A stretch of 64,000 nucleotides of DNA from an uncultured Verrucomicrobiota bacterium. GTDB lineage: Bacteria > Verrucomicrobiota > Verrucomicrobiia > Limisphaerales > UBA1100. Position numbers and translations under genes: made by a program. Positions within the stretch are counted from its first letter, which is position 1. The number at the start of each line of letters is the position of its first letter. A model generated the notes under the pieces. That model was not told the origin of the DNA, searched no databases, and worked only from the letters and a program-made list of their open reading frames with translations. The stretch is from contig CACDBG010000002.1 of NCBI GenBank assembly GCA_902551155.1, forward strand, positions 6,914 to 70,913. Direction: 5' to 3'. Shown here piece after piece: positions 8,571-18,795 of this stretch.

Positions 8571-11567
8571 ATGAGGAAAACTCCAATTTTTGGCAGGTTT
8601 GTATTAGTGGCTATCCTTGCTGGCTGGACATTCTTTGAATGGTATCCACCAGGGGGAGAAAATTTAATAGATGCCTTTGAGAAGTCTGCCTCCAAGCAGG
8701 AAGTGAAGGAGGAGAAGGCATTGATAGTTGATTCCCTCAGAAATTTTGCATCAAAAATTAACGAGGGTGATGAGCTGCCTTTAACTGGCAAAAACAGTTG
8801 GATGGAGGCAATTGGCGAGGCAGATCTAAGAGAGTTGCTTCCTCAGAAAACAAACGGGCTGTTAAAACAGCTGGACCTTAATGAGGAGATATGGACTCAA
8901 GAATGGAGAGACTTAGACGTCACGATTAAGGAAAATATAAATCGGGCCATTCTGGCTCGTGTTCAAAAAGAATCTGAAGGGAAAGTTAAGCTGGGACTGG
9001 ACCTTAAGGGGGGTACGCAATTTGTTGTTCAGGTGGAGCCTAAAAAGGACGAGCAAGGCGAGGATTTGCCCATTACCTCAGATCAGCTCACCAAAGCGAT
9101 GGAGATCATGCGCAATAGAGTGGATGCGTTTGGGGTCGCCGAGCCTCTTATACAGACTGCTGGTGATGACAAAATTATTATTCAGGTGCCTGGGCTTTCA
9201 CAGTCTAATCGGGACCGGGCGCGCAAGACTATATCTGAAGTGGCAAAATTGGAGTTCAGGTTAACCCACCCTGAGAATGAATCATTAAAACTAACTAATG
9301 AAGAATTTGTCCCAGGGGCGACCTACATGTCCTACACCCAAAAGCGGAAAGTAGACGGAAAAGAGCAGTCAACCACCATTTCGCACTATGTTCTAAATGA
9401 GGTGGCCCTTTCAGGCAGCCATATCAAAAGTGCGAGCGCCCGACCAAATGAATTAACCAATTCTCCTGAAATTCACTTCACCTTGGATGCTTTGGGTGCA
9501 AACAAATTTGCTAAAATTACGGAGACTCATAAGGCCAGAGAAGCGGGAGGAACTGATCCGCGCCTGCTTTGTATTGTGTTAGATGGAGAGCTTATTTCGG
9601 CCCCTTCAATAAACAGTCGGATACACGCACGCGGACAGATCACTGGTAACTTTGAGCCTGATGAAGCTAAGGCGTTGGCTAACTCACTGGAAAACCCACT
9701 CGAAAATGAAGTGAAAATAGTCGAAGAGCGGGATGTTGCGCCTTCGCTTGGTCGAGATTCAGTCGCCAAAGGTTATAAAGCTGCAATCTGGGGCTTGGCT
9801 GCAGTTGCTGTATTCATGTTGATTTACTACTTGCTTAGCGGGGTTCTTGCTAACTTTGCTCTAGCTTTAAACATATGCATGATTTTGGGAATTCTCTGTT
9901 GGTTTGACGCAACTTTGACTCTCCCAGGTATTGCTGGGGTGGTGCTGACCATCGGTATGGCGGTAGACGCAAATGTTCTTATATTTGAACGTATTCGTGA
10001 AGAGTTAGGGGTAGGTAAATCATTAAAAGGGGCGATTGCCTCTGGTTATGACAAGGCGTTTGGAACAATTTTCGATGCAAATATTACTACTTTAATTGCT
10101 TCAACCATACTCATTTACATGGGTAAAGGGCCGGTCCAGGGGTTTGGTGTGACTTTAACAATTGGCATTTTGACAAGCATGTTTACAGCACTAGTTGCGA
10201 CTCGGTTGGTGTTTGATGCATTATTGAATATAGGTGTCATTGGTGCTGATGGTTCTAAGAAGTTGGTGCATTTGAGGAGTGCGGTCGGCTTGCCGAAAAT
10301 CGACTTTTTAAAATATAAGTGGCCGGCCTTAGGTTTGTCCTTGGTATTGATTGGGAGCGGGATCATTTATGGGTTAATTAAGGGTAAGGACAGCCTGTTG
10401 GGTGTGGATTTTCAGGGTGGATTTAGTATGGTGGTTAAATTGGTTGATCCGGCTAAAGCAGGTAGCCTTACCGGTGATATTAAATCTGGCGAAATGCGTA
10501 AAAAGTTATCAGAAGCAACCCGGATTGATGAGGCGCAAATTCAGCCACAGCTGCAAGCTGATATGGACACCAAAGAACAAACGCTACGGGTCGATTTTCC
10601 GGATTTTGAGCTAGATAAGGCCGATGTTAATTCAGAGCTTAGGGATGCGGCAAAGCTAATGGATCGAGCACTGATAGATCACTACGGTGATATATTGCCG
10701 GTAAACTGCAGTTTAGAAATAACGTTTAATCAGGATAAGATTGCATCAATTACTGAGGATATAGAATCAGGTTCGATGCAAAAACAAGCTACAGAAAATC
10801 TGGAAATTGAGGCAGATTCACTGAAATTATCACTCGAGCCTGCAGAGGGGAGCTCTAAAATACTGGTTGCCAATTTCCCTCTTGGCTCCGAAAAGAATCG
10901 ACCTGAATTTATCTTGAATGCCTTGAATGACGCTTATCCGGACCTGACCCTTAAAATAAATAATACCAATAACGAACTTCTGAGAGAAAAGCTTGATAAA
11001 GTAGGGCCGAGTGTTAGCGGTGAAATACAGAAATCCGCGGTTATAGCAGTGTTACTTGCTCTTTTCGGAATACTTGTGTACGTGGCGTTTCGGTATGAGT
11101 ACTCATTTGCGGTTGCTGCTGTTATAGCAGTTTTACACGATGTTGCAGTGACGGGTGGGCTATTCTTTCTCTCCGGGCGTGAGCTAAATGCTCCTATTGT
11201 GGCAGCAACACTAACAATTATCGGATTTTCTATTAATGACACGATTGTTATTTTTGACCGGATACGTGAAAACCTGCGCATGGGGTCGCGAGGCTCATTC
11301 GCAGATGTTATAAATAAGTCACTTAATCAGACCCTCGCTCGCACGGTCATTACCTCTGGCACAACCTTGCTATCAACGGCGACTTTGTATTTCTTTGGTG
11401 GCACTGTTATTAATGATTTTGCATTTATGTTTCTTGTAGGGGTTATAGTCGGCACCTATTCTTCGGTATACATCGCTTGTGCCGTTGTGTTGAAGTGGCA
11501 TGAGGGTAAGCGGCCGGAGCTTGCGGCTCCCACTGTTGATGAAGATCCGGTTCCGACAATGTCCTAA
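8571..11567 (+). CDS. secDF: Protein translocase subunit SecDF (fused SecD-SecF) with an extended N-terminus and an enlarged SecF periplasmic domain.
   Basis: 998 aa. SecD segments include LGLDLKGGTQFVVQV, the P1 head and the TM bundle (VDANVLIFERIREE). SecF segments include GVDFQGGF ... VGPSVSGE ... INDTIVIFDRIREN. Confidence 0.93.
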   Translation: MRKTPIFGRFVLVAILAGWTFFEWYPPGGENLIDAFEKSASKQEVKEEKALIVDSLRNFASKINEGDELPLTGKNSWMEAIGEADLRELLPQKTNGLLKQLDLNEEIWTQEWRDLDVTIKENINRAILARVQKESEGKVKLGLDLKGGTQFVVQVEPKKDEQGEDLPITSDQLTKAMEIMRNRVDAFGVAEPLIQTAGDDKIIIQVPGLSQSNRDRARKTISEVAKLEFRLTHPENESLKLTNEEFVPGATYMSYTQKRKVDGKEQSTTISHYVLNEVALSGSHIKSASARPNELTNSPEIHFTLDALGANKFAKITETHKAREAGGTDPRLLCIVLDGELISAPSINSRIHARGQITGNFEPDEAKALANSLENPLENEVKIVEERDVAPSLGRDSVAKGYKAAIWGLAAVAVFMLIYYLLSGVLANFALALNICMILGILCWFDATLTLPGIAGVVLTIGMAVDANVLIFERIREELGVGKSLKGAIASGYDKAFGTIFDANITTLIASTILIYMGKGPVQGFGVTLTIGILTSMFTALVATRLVFDALLNIGVIGADGSKKLVHLRSAVGLPKIDFLKYKWPALGLSLVLIGSGIIYGLIKGKDSLLGVDFQGGFSMVVKLVDPAKAGSLTGDIKSGEMRKKLSEATRIDEAQIQPQLQADMDTKEQTLRVDFPDFELDKADVNSELRDAAKLMDRALIDHYGDILPVNCSLEITFNQDKIASITEDIESGSMQKQATENLEIEADSLKLSLEPAEGSSKILVANFPLGSEKNRPEFILNALNDAYPDLTLKINNTNNELLREKLDKVGPSVSGEIQKSAVIAVLLALFGILVYVAFRYEYSFAVAAVIAVLHDVAVTGGLFFLSGRELNAPIVAATLTIIGFSINDTIVIFDRIRENLRMGSRGSFADVINKSLNQTLARTVITSGTTLLSTATLYFFGGTVINDFAFMFLVGVIVGTYSSVYIACAVVLKWHEGKRPELAAPTVDEDPVPTMS

Positions 11568-12547
11568 TGTTTGCAGCAACCAGTGTTGGGTTGGTTCACT
11601 ATAGCGTTTTCACGCTAGCTGTAATATTGGTTCTCGCCGTAGATTTAGGCGTCTTCAATCGTACACCTCACAAGGTTTCTTTTAAGGAAGCGCTAGCCTG
11701 GAGTTCTCTTTGGTTTTCAGTGTCGATGCTGTTTGGGGTTTTTGCGATCCCGGAAGTTTATACGGCTGATGTATCTGGAGCAAAGCGCATCGAATTCTTA
11801 ACCGGGTATGTTCTGGAATTATCATTGTCGATGGATAATGTTTTCGTAATTGCGTTAATATTTTCCTACTTCAAGGTTAAAAGTGAGTTTCAGCATAGAG
11901 TGCTGTTTTGGGGCATCCTAGGTGCTCTGATAATGCGTGGATTAATGATAGGCATAGGTGCCGCTGCGGTGGCTAAATGGGGTGCAATTCTTTATTTGTT
12001 CGGAGTTTTCCTATTAATTACCGGAATAAAAATGCTGTTTACTAGTGAGGATGATAGTGTCGAGCCTGAGAATAATATTCTGGTGAAGATAGCCCGGAAA
12101 TTCTTTCCGGTGCATGACCAGTTTGAAGGGGAGAAATTCACGGTAAGAATTGATGGAAAGACAATGTTAACGCCAATGGCAATTGTGTTAATAACAATAG
12201 AATCAACCGACGTTGTTTTTGCCGTGGACTCAATCCCTGCTATATTTGCCGTAACTACTGATCCTTTCATCGTATTTACTTCTAACATGTTTGCGATTCT
12301 TGGACTGCGCTCGCTCTACTTTGTTTTAGCCGGGGCCATTGAATATTTCCATTACCTCAAATATGGACTTGCCCTTGTGCTTGCCTTTATAGGTGCAAAA
12401 ATGCTTTTACATCATTGGATCAAGAATACATTTGGGGAAATCCCTCACTGGCTTCCGCTCGCTGTGGTGGGCGCAATCCTTGCCGGCAGCATGGTTGCGT
12501 CCATTGTTCACAAAAAAGGTTCAGATAACGGAAGGGCAGAAGAATAG
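11567..12547 (+). CDS. TerC family integral membrane protein.
   Basis: 326 aa and multi-TM, with EL(S)LSMDNVFVIALIF and VDSIPAIFAVTTDPFIVFTSN, the paired TerC motifs. The start overlaps the secDF stop. Confidence 0.88.
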   Translation: MFAATSVGLVHYSVFTLAVILVLAVDLGVFNRTPHKVSFKEALAWSSLWFSVSMLFGVFAIPEVYTADVSGAKRIEFLTGYVLELSLSMDNVFVIALIFSYFKVKSEFQHRVLFWGILGALIMRGLMIGIGAAAVAKWGAILYLFGVFLLITGIKMLFTSEDDSVEPENNILVKIARKFFPVHDQFEGEKFTVRIDGKTMLTPMAIVLITIESTDVVFAVDSIPAIFAVTTDPFIVFTSNMFAILGLRSLYFVLAGAIEYFHYLKYGLALVLAFIGAKMLLHHWIKNTFGEIPHWLPLAVVGAILAGSMVASIVHKKGSDNGRAEE

Positions 12548-12571
12548 TTTAGTTTTAAAGAATGGTAAAAT

Positions 12572-12826
12572 ATGCCGCGTATCAGATGGCTTATAACAGG
12601 TATTGTTTTTTTAATTCTCGGAGTCATAGGTCTCTTTCTCCCGATTTTGCAGGGAATTTTGTTTATTGTTATAGGTCTAATGTTTCTTTCAAAAAGCTCA
12701 GCGACCGTGCGGCTAAAGAAGATTCAGTTCAAAAAGAGATTCCCTAGGCTAGGGGCAAAACTTTTTTTTCTTGAGGAGAAAGCCCGTGCCTGGCGAAAGC
12801 GGAAAAAGGATAAGAATAAAGAGTGA
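12572..12826 (+). CDS. Small two-TM membrane protein (DUF454/YbaN- or PGPGW-like) with a basic tail.
   Basis: 84 aa. ITGIVFLILGVIGLFLPILQGILFIVIGLMFLSKSS is followed by a Lys/Arg-rich C-terminus. Family assignment is tentative. Confidence 0.55.
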   Translation: MPRIRWLITGIVFLILGVIGLFLPILQGILFIVIGLMFLSKSSATVRLKKIQFKKRFPRLGAKLFFLEEKARAWRKRKKDKNKE

Positions 12827-14541
12827 AGCGCAATTGGAACATATGTTCACCGGATGAGACTGTTGTAGATGCCCTGGTTAGAGACCTGAATGCCAATAAA
12901 CTATTATGCCAATGTTTAGCGAATCGAGGGCAGGAGGATATAAAATCAGCTAAACGGTTTTTGTCCCCAAAATTAGCTGATTTATCACCCCCTGGATTAA
13001 TTCCTAATCTTTCAGATGCAGTGCTTCGCCTGTTTGAGGCCCGGCGTAAAAAAGAAAGAATCGTAGTGTTTGGTGATTATGATGTTGATGGAATTACTTC
13101 CACAGCAATCCTTATTCAATCAATGGGCGAACTGGGTTGGGATATTTCCAGTTATCTTCCGGACCGTATGGATGAAGGTTATGGGCTTACATCTGAGGGC
13201 ATTAAGAATTGTATAGATAAACATTCGCCACACCTGATAATAGCAGCAGACTGTGGTTCAACCTCTGTTAAAGTTATCGGAAGTTTAAAGCGCCAAGCGA
13301 TTGATGTTATCGTGTTAGATCACCATCAGGTTTGTGATCCGCCGCCAAAGCCATATGCACTGGTTAACCCAAGTATAAGTTTAGCAGAGGGCAGTGAGTT
13401 GCGTGATCTTTGTACTGCAGGCTTAGCATTTAAATTAGTTCATGGACTGGTCAAGTATGGTAGGGAAAATAATGAGGCTGGTTTCGAGAAGTATGATATT
13501 CGCCTTTTATTGGATCTTGTCGCATTAGGGACTATTGCTGATATGGTGCCATTAACTGGCGAGAACCGCATATTGGCTTTTAAGGGTTTACAGCAGTTAA
13601 ACCGCACTAATAGGCCGGGTTTAATAGCATTAATAAACACCTGTGGAATTAAAGGATTAATTACGCCTTACGAGGTTGGTTTTCAGTTGTGCCCACGATT
13701 AAATGCGGCTGGTAGATTAAAAAAGGCAACCGCATCACTTGATTTAATAATGGCTGCCGATGAGAAATCTGGAGTCAATTTGGCAACAGGTTTGGATAAA
13801 AATAATCAAGATCGACAGAGGATTGAAAAAGAAATAACCCGAAAGGTTAAGGATCAGTTAACAAGCAATTTTGACCCTTCTAATGACTTTGTTATTGTGG
13901 CAGGGGAACCGGGGTGGAACATCGGAGTTATTGGTATTGTCGCATCAAAAATCCAGAGAGAATTTTATCGCCCAACTTTTATTTTGGGCGGTAATCCTGG
14001 CGACATGCGTGGTTCAGGCCGCAGCATTAAAGGCTTTGATTTATGCGGGGCCCTTGATGAGTGTGCAGATCATCTGATTAGGCATGGAGGGCATGCGATG
14101 GCTGCCGGGATTACTTTGAATGTGGATAATATCGAATCATTTCGAGAACGATTAAATTTGGTTGCCAGTGAGAACCTGGATGATGCGGATCTGGTTCCTT
14201 CATTACGGCTTGATGCTGTTTGTGCTCTTGGAGAACTCAATCTGTCTATTGTGGATTCGCTGGAATCGCTCCAACCATTGGGCCAATCGCTGCCTTTGGT
14301 GCAAGTAGCAGTGTTAAATGTTGAATTATTCACTAAAATTAAATGGATGGGATCAGAAAAGCAGCATGCAAAATTAATTGTTACCGACGGTGATGTTAGC
14401 ACTGAGGTGGTTTGGTGGAATGCGGAGGGGCAGACTCAGCCATCAGGTCGGTTTGACATAGCCGTTCAGCCTTCGGTAAATGTTTGGAAGGGTAGGAGAT
14501 CAGTGCAATTGAAGTTACTCGACTGGCGTCCATCAAGTTGA
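12823..14541 (+). CDS. recJ: Single-stranded-DNA-specific exonuclease RecJ.
   Basis: DHH motifs are present (VFGDYDVDGITS, DCGS, VLDHH), with a DHHA1 region (GGHAMAAG). GTG start overlaps the upstream stop. Confidence 0.93.
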   Translation: MKRNWNICSPDETVVDALVRDLNANKLLCQCLANRGQEDIKSAKRFLSPKLADLSPPGLIPNLSDAVLRLFEARRKKERIVVFGDYDVDGITSTAILIQSMGELGWDISSYLPDRMDEGYGLTSEGIKNCIDKHSPHLIIAADCGSTSVKVIGSLKRQAIDVIVLDHHQVCDPPPKPYALVNPSISLAEGSELRDLCTAGLAFKLVHGLVKYGRENNEAGFEKYDIRLLLDLVALGTIADMVPLTGENRILAFKGLQQLNRTNRPGLIALINTCGIKGLITPYEVGFQLCPRLNAAGRLKKATASLDLIMAADEKSGVNLATGLDKNNQDRQRIEKEITRKVKDQLTSNFDPSNDFVIVAGEPGWNIGVIGIVASKIQREFYRPTFILGGNPGDMRGSGRSIKGFDLCGALDECADHLIRHGGHAMAAGITLNVDNIESFRERLNLVASENLDDADLVPSLRLDAVCALGELNLSIVDSLESLQPLGQSLPLVQVAVLNVELFTKIKWMGSEKQHAKLIVTDGDVSTEVVWWNAEGQTQPSGRFDIAVQPSVNVWKGRRSVQLKLLDWRPSS

Positions 14542-15230
14542 CATATTTGGTTATGGTTACTGCTGTTATTGTCGCTGCTGGCAGCAGCAAGCGAATGGGG
14601 GTTGATGTAGATAAGCTATTTCTTCAAGTACAAGGTTTGCCGGTGGTTGGTCATACTTGGAAAACATTTGACGCACATCAATTAGTCAGTGAAATCATTA
14701 TTGTTGCCCGAGAAGATGCTCAAGAGGCCTTTGAGCAACTTGCCCTCAATTTGAACCTTCAAAAACGATACCGTTTTGTCAGCGGAGGGGAGGAGAGGCA
14801 GGATTCTGTCCGCAATGGGATCTCGGCAGTTTGTGGTGAAAGTCGAATTATTGCTATTCATGATGGGGCGAGGCCTTGTGTAGATAAAGAAACAATCACA
14901 AATACAATTAAGGCAGCAGAGGAAGGCGGGGCGGCAGTGGCGGCATCAAAAATTATTGATTCAATAAAGCTTTCTGATGGGGAGGGGAGGATTAGCCAAA
15001 ATATAGACAGAACTAATCTTTGGTCAGTGCAAACACCTCAGGTTTTCAAAACTGACATAATCGTAGCAGCTATGAAGGCAGTTGCCGATGAAGGAATATT
15101 AGTAACAGACGATACATCTGCCTGCGAGCTAATTGGTCAGTCAGTTGTTTTAATAGAATCAAAAAACCCAAACCCAAAAGTAACCACAGAGTCCGACTTA
15201 GCATTTGTGAGTTTTTTGCTAAAGAGTTAG
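14538..15230 (+). CDS. ispD: 2-C-methyl-D-erythritol 4-phosphate cytidylyltransferase.
   Basis: AVIVAAGSSKRMG ... GGEERQDSVRNG ... IHDGARP. TTG at 14538 or ATG at 14553 are both possible starts. Confidence 0.9.
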   Translation: MTYLVMVTAVIVAAGSSKRMGVDVDKLFLQVQGLPVVGHTWKTFDAHQLVSEIIIVAREDAQEAFEQLALNLNLQKRYRFVSGGEERQDSVRNGISAVCGESRIIAIHDGARPCVDKETITNTIKAAEEGGAAVAASKIIDSIKLSDGEGRISQNIDRTNLWSVQTPQVFKTDIIVAAMKAVADEGILVTDDTSACELIGQSVVLIESKNPNPKVTTESDLAFVSFLLKS

Positions 15231-15268
15231 CTGCAAATAATGATCGATTCTCTTTTACATTTTTTTCA

Positions 15269-16540
15269 ATGAATAAACCTATTTTAAATATTTTCCTTAT
15301 CGTTGTCTTGGGGGTAAATCTCTATGTCGGGCACAAGAATTTTGCCGGCAGCGCGGCTGCAACCGATAATAAAAATGCAGAATCCCACATGGCGAAATTT
15401 GCCCACGTCATCGATCAAGTACGTAAAAATTATGTGGATGAAAAGAAGGTTTCATATGAAATCCTGTTAGACGCAGCTCTCGCGGGGATGCTTTCAAGTC
15501 TGGATTCTCACAGTGGGTATATGTCAGCCGATCGTCACAAGGCTTTGATTGACGACACTCGTCAGGAGTTTGGCGGTATCGGGATTGTGGTGAGCATTAG
15601 AAATGATTGGCTTACAATCATTGCCCCCATGGACGACACACCTGCGTCAAGAGCTGGGCTGCAGTCCGGCGATCGTGTAATTAAAATTATGAATAAGAGT
15701 ACTCAAGGTATTACTATAGATGAGGCGGTAAAGTTAATGCGGGGGAAAGTTGGGACGGATGTGAATGTTACTGTTTTTCGGCCTTTAACAGAGGAGACCA
15801 AAGAATTTTCCTTAAAGCGTGAGCGGATCCAGACTAAGACAGTTAGAGATATCAATGGAAAAGGAGAATATCCCATGATTAAGCCTAGTATTGGTTATGC
15901 AAGGATTTCAGGTTTTTCAGAAAATACGGCGGACGAACTTGAGGAAGCACTGATTCAAATGGAAGCTAATGATATTAAAGCTTTGGTCTTGGATTTACGG
16001 GATAATCCTGGTGGGCTTCTCCCGCAATCAGCCCGAGTAGCTGAAAAGTTCATCCCAAAAGATCAGTTAATTGTTTCAACAGAAGGGCGGGATCAAAGAG
16101 AACAGGAGCAGTTTAAATCAAAATCATTGATGCACCGTACTTTACCATTAGTTATCCTTGTCAACAGCGGAAGTGCGAGTGCATCTGAAATAGTTGCAGG
16201 TTGCTTACAGGATCTTAAAAGAGCTGCGCTGGTAGGTTCAAAAACTTTTGGTAAGGGGTCCGTGCAAAGCATTCTTCCAATGCGTGATGGATCAGCACTC
16301 CGGTTGACCACTGCAAAATATTTTACTCCCAGTCATCGTGTGATTCATGAGGCCGGTATTGAGCCAGATTATAATGTTGAGATGTCACCAGACCAAATGC
16401 GTGACATTATGATGAAACGATCTCCCGGGGTTCTGGGAAGTCTTGCTGAAGAAGACCGTCAACGTGTCAGCGAAGCTAAAGACCCGCAGCTGGAAAAGGC
16501 CCTTGAGATATTACAGGGTGCCATTAAGGAAAATAATTAG
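15269..16540 (+). CDS. ctp: Carboxy-terminal processing peptidase (S41 family).
   Basis: N-terminal TM, a PDZ region (PASRAGLQSGDRVIKI), and an S41 core (DLRDNPGGLL, VNSGSASASEIVAG, TFGKGSVQ). Confidence 0.92.
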   Translation: MNKPILNIFLIVVLGVNLYVGHKNFAGSAAATDNKNAESHMAKFAHVIDQVRKNYVDEKKVSYEILLDAALAGMLSSLDSHSGYMSADRHKALIDDTRQEFGGIGIVVSIRNDWLTIIAPMDDTPASRAGLQSGDRVIKIMNKSTQGITIDEAVKLMRGKVGTDVNVTVFRPLTEETKEFSLKRERIQTKTVRDINGKGEYPMIKPSIGYARISGFSENTADELEEALIQMEANDIKALVLDLRDNPGGLLPQSARVAEKFIPKDQLIVSTEGRDQREQEQFKSKSLMHRTLPLVILVNSGSASASEIVAGCLQDLKRAALVGSKTFGKGSVQSILPMRDGSALRLTTAKYFTPSHRVIHEAGIEPDYNVEMSPDQMRDIMMKRSPGVLGSLAEEDRQRVSEAKDPQLEKALEILQGAIKENN

Positions 16541-16541
16541 C

Positions 16542-17567
16542 ATGCGTCTTTTGGCTCTCGAAACCTCTTGCGATGAGACCAGTGCTGCCATTATCGAAAA
16601 TAATGCTGTACTATCTAATGTAGTTTCGTCGCAAATTGAAATTCATTCAGAATATGGAGGTGTAGTACCTGAGCTTGCGACTCGAGAGCATTTGAAAAAT
16701 CTAAAATCGGTAGTTAATGAGGCATTAGATAAAGCGTCCTGCGGTGTTAATGATTTAACGGCAGTTAGCGCTACACAGGGGCCGGGGCTTCCTCCCGCGT
16801 TGATGGTGGGGTGGAAAGCGGCGCAGGCTTTTGCCTATTCCATTGATAAGCCTTTAATTGGGGTAAATCACGTTGTGGCACATTTGTATTCACCCTGGTT
16901 TTCAGATGGTCAGAAAGGAAAGTATTTAGATAATGTTGAACCCAATATTTCACTAATAGTAAGCGGTGGACACACGGTGTTGACTAAGGTTAAGGGGCCA
17001 TTGAATCACGTAATAATTGGGCAAACAAAAGATGATGCGGCTGGTGAGTGCTTTGATAAAACAGCAAAACTTCTCGGGCTCAGCTATCCAGGTGGCCCAG
17101 AGATTGATAAGTTGGCAAAAGGGGGTAATCCCAAGGCATACGATTTTGCTAGGCCGATGTTAAATCAGGAGAATGATGATTTTAGCTTTAGCGGTCTTAA
17201 AACTTCAGTGAAGTATTTCTTAATAAAAAACTCTTCTCTGCTCCACAGCAAAGATAAATTGCCGGACTTATGCGCGAGTATTCAGGCCGCTATCGTCGAG
17301 GTTCTGTTGGTAAAATCGCTGCGTGCAGCAAGGAGGGCAAATTCTAAATGTATTACAATATCAGGAGGGGTTGCCCGTAATTCATATTTGCGATCAGAAT
17401 TTCAAAGAGAATGTCGTGATAGGGATATAGTGCTGAGAATTGCCGCCCCAGATTTGTGTACGGACAATGCTGCTATGATTGGATTATTGGCCAATCTAAT
17501 ATACGAAAAGGGAGGTTTTTCAAATAACCCTGATGATGATATTAAGCCTAATTGGAATATTAATTAA
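16542..17567 (+). CDS. tsaD: tRNA N6-adenosine threonylcarbamoyltransferase TsaD.
   Basis: MRLLALETSCDETSAAI ... GVNHVVAHL ... SGGVARN. I chose the ATG at 16542, just after the ctp stop, rather than the ORF-track start at 16443. Confidence 0.93.
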   Translation: MRLLALETSCDETSAAIIENNAVLSNVVSSQIEIHSEYGGVVPELATREHLKNLKSVVNEALDKASCGVNDLTAVSATQGPGLPPALMVGWKAAQAFAYSIDKPLIGVNHVVAHLYSPWFSDGQKGKYLDNVEPNISLIVSGGHTVLTKVKGPLNHVIIGQTKDDAAGECFDKTAKLLGLSYPGGPEIDKLAKGGNPKAYDFARPMLNQENDDFSFSGLKTSVKYFLIKNSSLLHSKDKLPDLCASIQAAIVEVLLVKSLRAARRANSKCITISGGVARNSYLRSEFQRECRDRDIVLRIAAPDLCTDNAAMIGLLANLIYEKGGFSNNPDDDIKPNWNIN

Positions 17568-17581
17568 TTTCCGTTTGCTGG

Positions 17582-18751
17582 CTATATCTTGTTTGTAAAA
17601 TCAGATAAACGAGCTAGGGCTTGGTCTAAATTTTCCATGCTGGTTGCATAGCTAAGGCGTATATAGTCATCGGAGCCAAAGGCAATTCCTGGTACTGCAG
17701 CAACCTTTGCCTCAGATAAGAGTTTTTCGCAGAACTCAGTCGATTTCAATCCGGTTGCTGAAATATTGGGGAACAGGTAGAAGGCTCCTTGTGAGTTGAC
17801 GCAGGTAATATTTTTCATTCCGTTTAATCGGTCGTAGGCGTGAATCCGTCGTTTATTAAACTCTAAGCCCCATTTTCGAATATGATCTTGAGGCCCATTT
17901 AGGGCTTGCACAGCTCCAGACTGCGCAAACGAGGTAGGGTTGCTTGTGCTATGACTTTGCAGGGCATTGATTGCTTTTGCGATTGGCTTGGGGGCGGCTA
18001 GAAAGCCAATTCTCCATCCAGTCATGGAATATGCTTTTGCTAAACCATGGACAATAATTGTGTGTGCCTGATGTTCGTCGGAACAGGAAGCCACACTTTG
18101 GAATTGAGCGTCATCATAGATAAGTTTTTCATAAATCTCATCGCTCATAATAAGGACCCCATTGTTAACGCATATATCTCCTAATTTCCGTATTTCTTCG
18201 GGCGAATAAACAGAGCCAGTTGGGTTGCTTGGAGAATTAAGGATGAAAATGCGGGTCTTATCTGTAATGGCTGCCTCAAGTTGTTCTGGAGTTATTTTAA
18301 ACTCATTTTCATCTGTGGTTTCAACGATCACAGGTTTTGCTCCTGCAAGCTTAACCATTTCTGGGTAGCTCAGCCAATAAGGTGCGGGGATAATAACTTC
18401 ATCTTCGTTATCACAAATCGCCATCATGACGTTATAGCACGAGTGTTTTCCACCACATGAAACAATAATTTGATCTGGGTCATAGGAAAGACCATTCTCC
18501 CTTTCAAATTTCATGGAGATTGCTTCACGCAATTCTGGGGTTCCTGCAGCAGGTGTGTATTTAGTCAATCCTTCATTTAAAGCTTTGATTGCTGCATCTT
18601 TTATAAGCTGAGGAGTGTCGAAATCAGGTTCTCCTGCCCCTAGTCCAATAACATCTTCACCGGCAGTTCGGAGTTCCTTAGCCTTAGCTGTAATAGCCAG
18701 GGTCATGGAGGGCGACAGTGAGCCGGCACGATCAGAGAGTTTGTAATCCAT
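17582..18751 (-). CDS. Pyridoxal-phosphate-dependent aminotransferase, class I (aspartate aminotransferase-like).
   Basis: 389 aa with NSPSNPTG and the PLP-lysine region GLAKAYSMTGWRIG. Confidence 0.9.
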   Translation of the reverse strand: MDYKLSDRAGSLSPSMTLAITAKAKELRTAGEDVIGLGAGEPDFDTPQLIKDAAIKALNEGLTKYTPAAGTPELREAISMKFERENGLSYDPDQIIVSCGGKHSCYNVMMAICDNEDEVIIPAPYWLSYPEMVKLAGAKPVIVETTDENEFKITPEQLEAAITDKTRIFILNSPSNPTGSVYSPEEIRKLGDICVNNGVLIMSDEIYEKLIYDDAQFQSVASCSDEHQAHTIIVHGLAKAYSMTGWRIGFLAAPKPIAKAINALQSHSTSNPTSFAQSGAVQALNGPQDHIRKWGLEFNKRRIHAYDRLNGMKNITCVNSQGAFYLFPNISATGLKSTEFCEKLLSEAKVAAVPGIAFGSDDYIRLSYATSMENLDQALARLSDFTNKI

Positions 18752-18795
18752 CGCGGCGGAGGGTAAGGAGGAGTAAGGTTTATCGCAAGATTGAA

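Noticed and set aside
11500-11600. I expected a yybP-ykoY (Mn) riboswitch in front of the TerC-family gene.
   Set aside because: The terC start overlaps the secDF stop (TAATG), leaving no leader at all.
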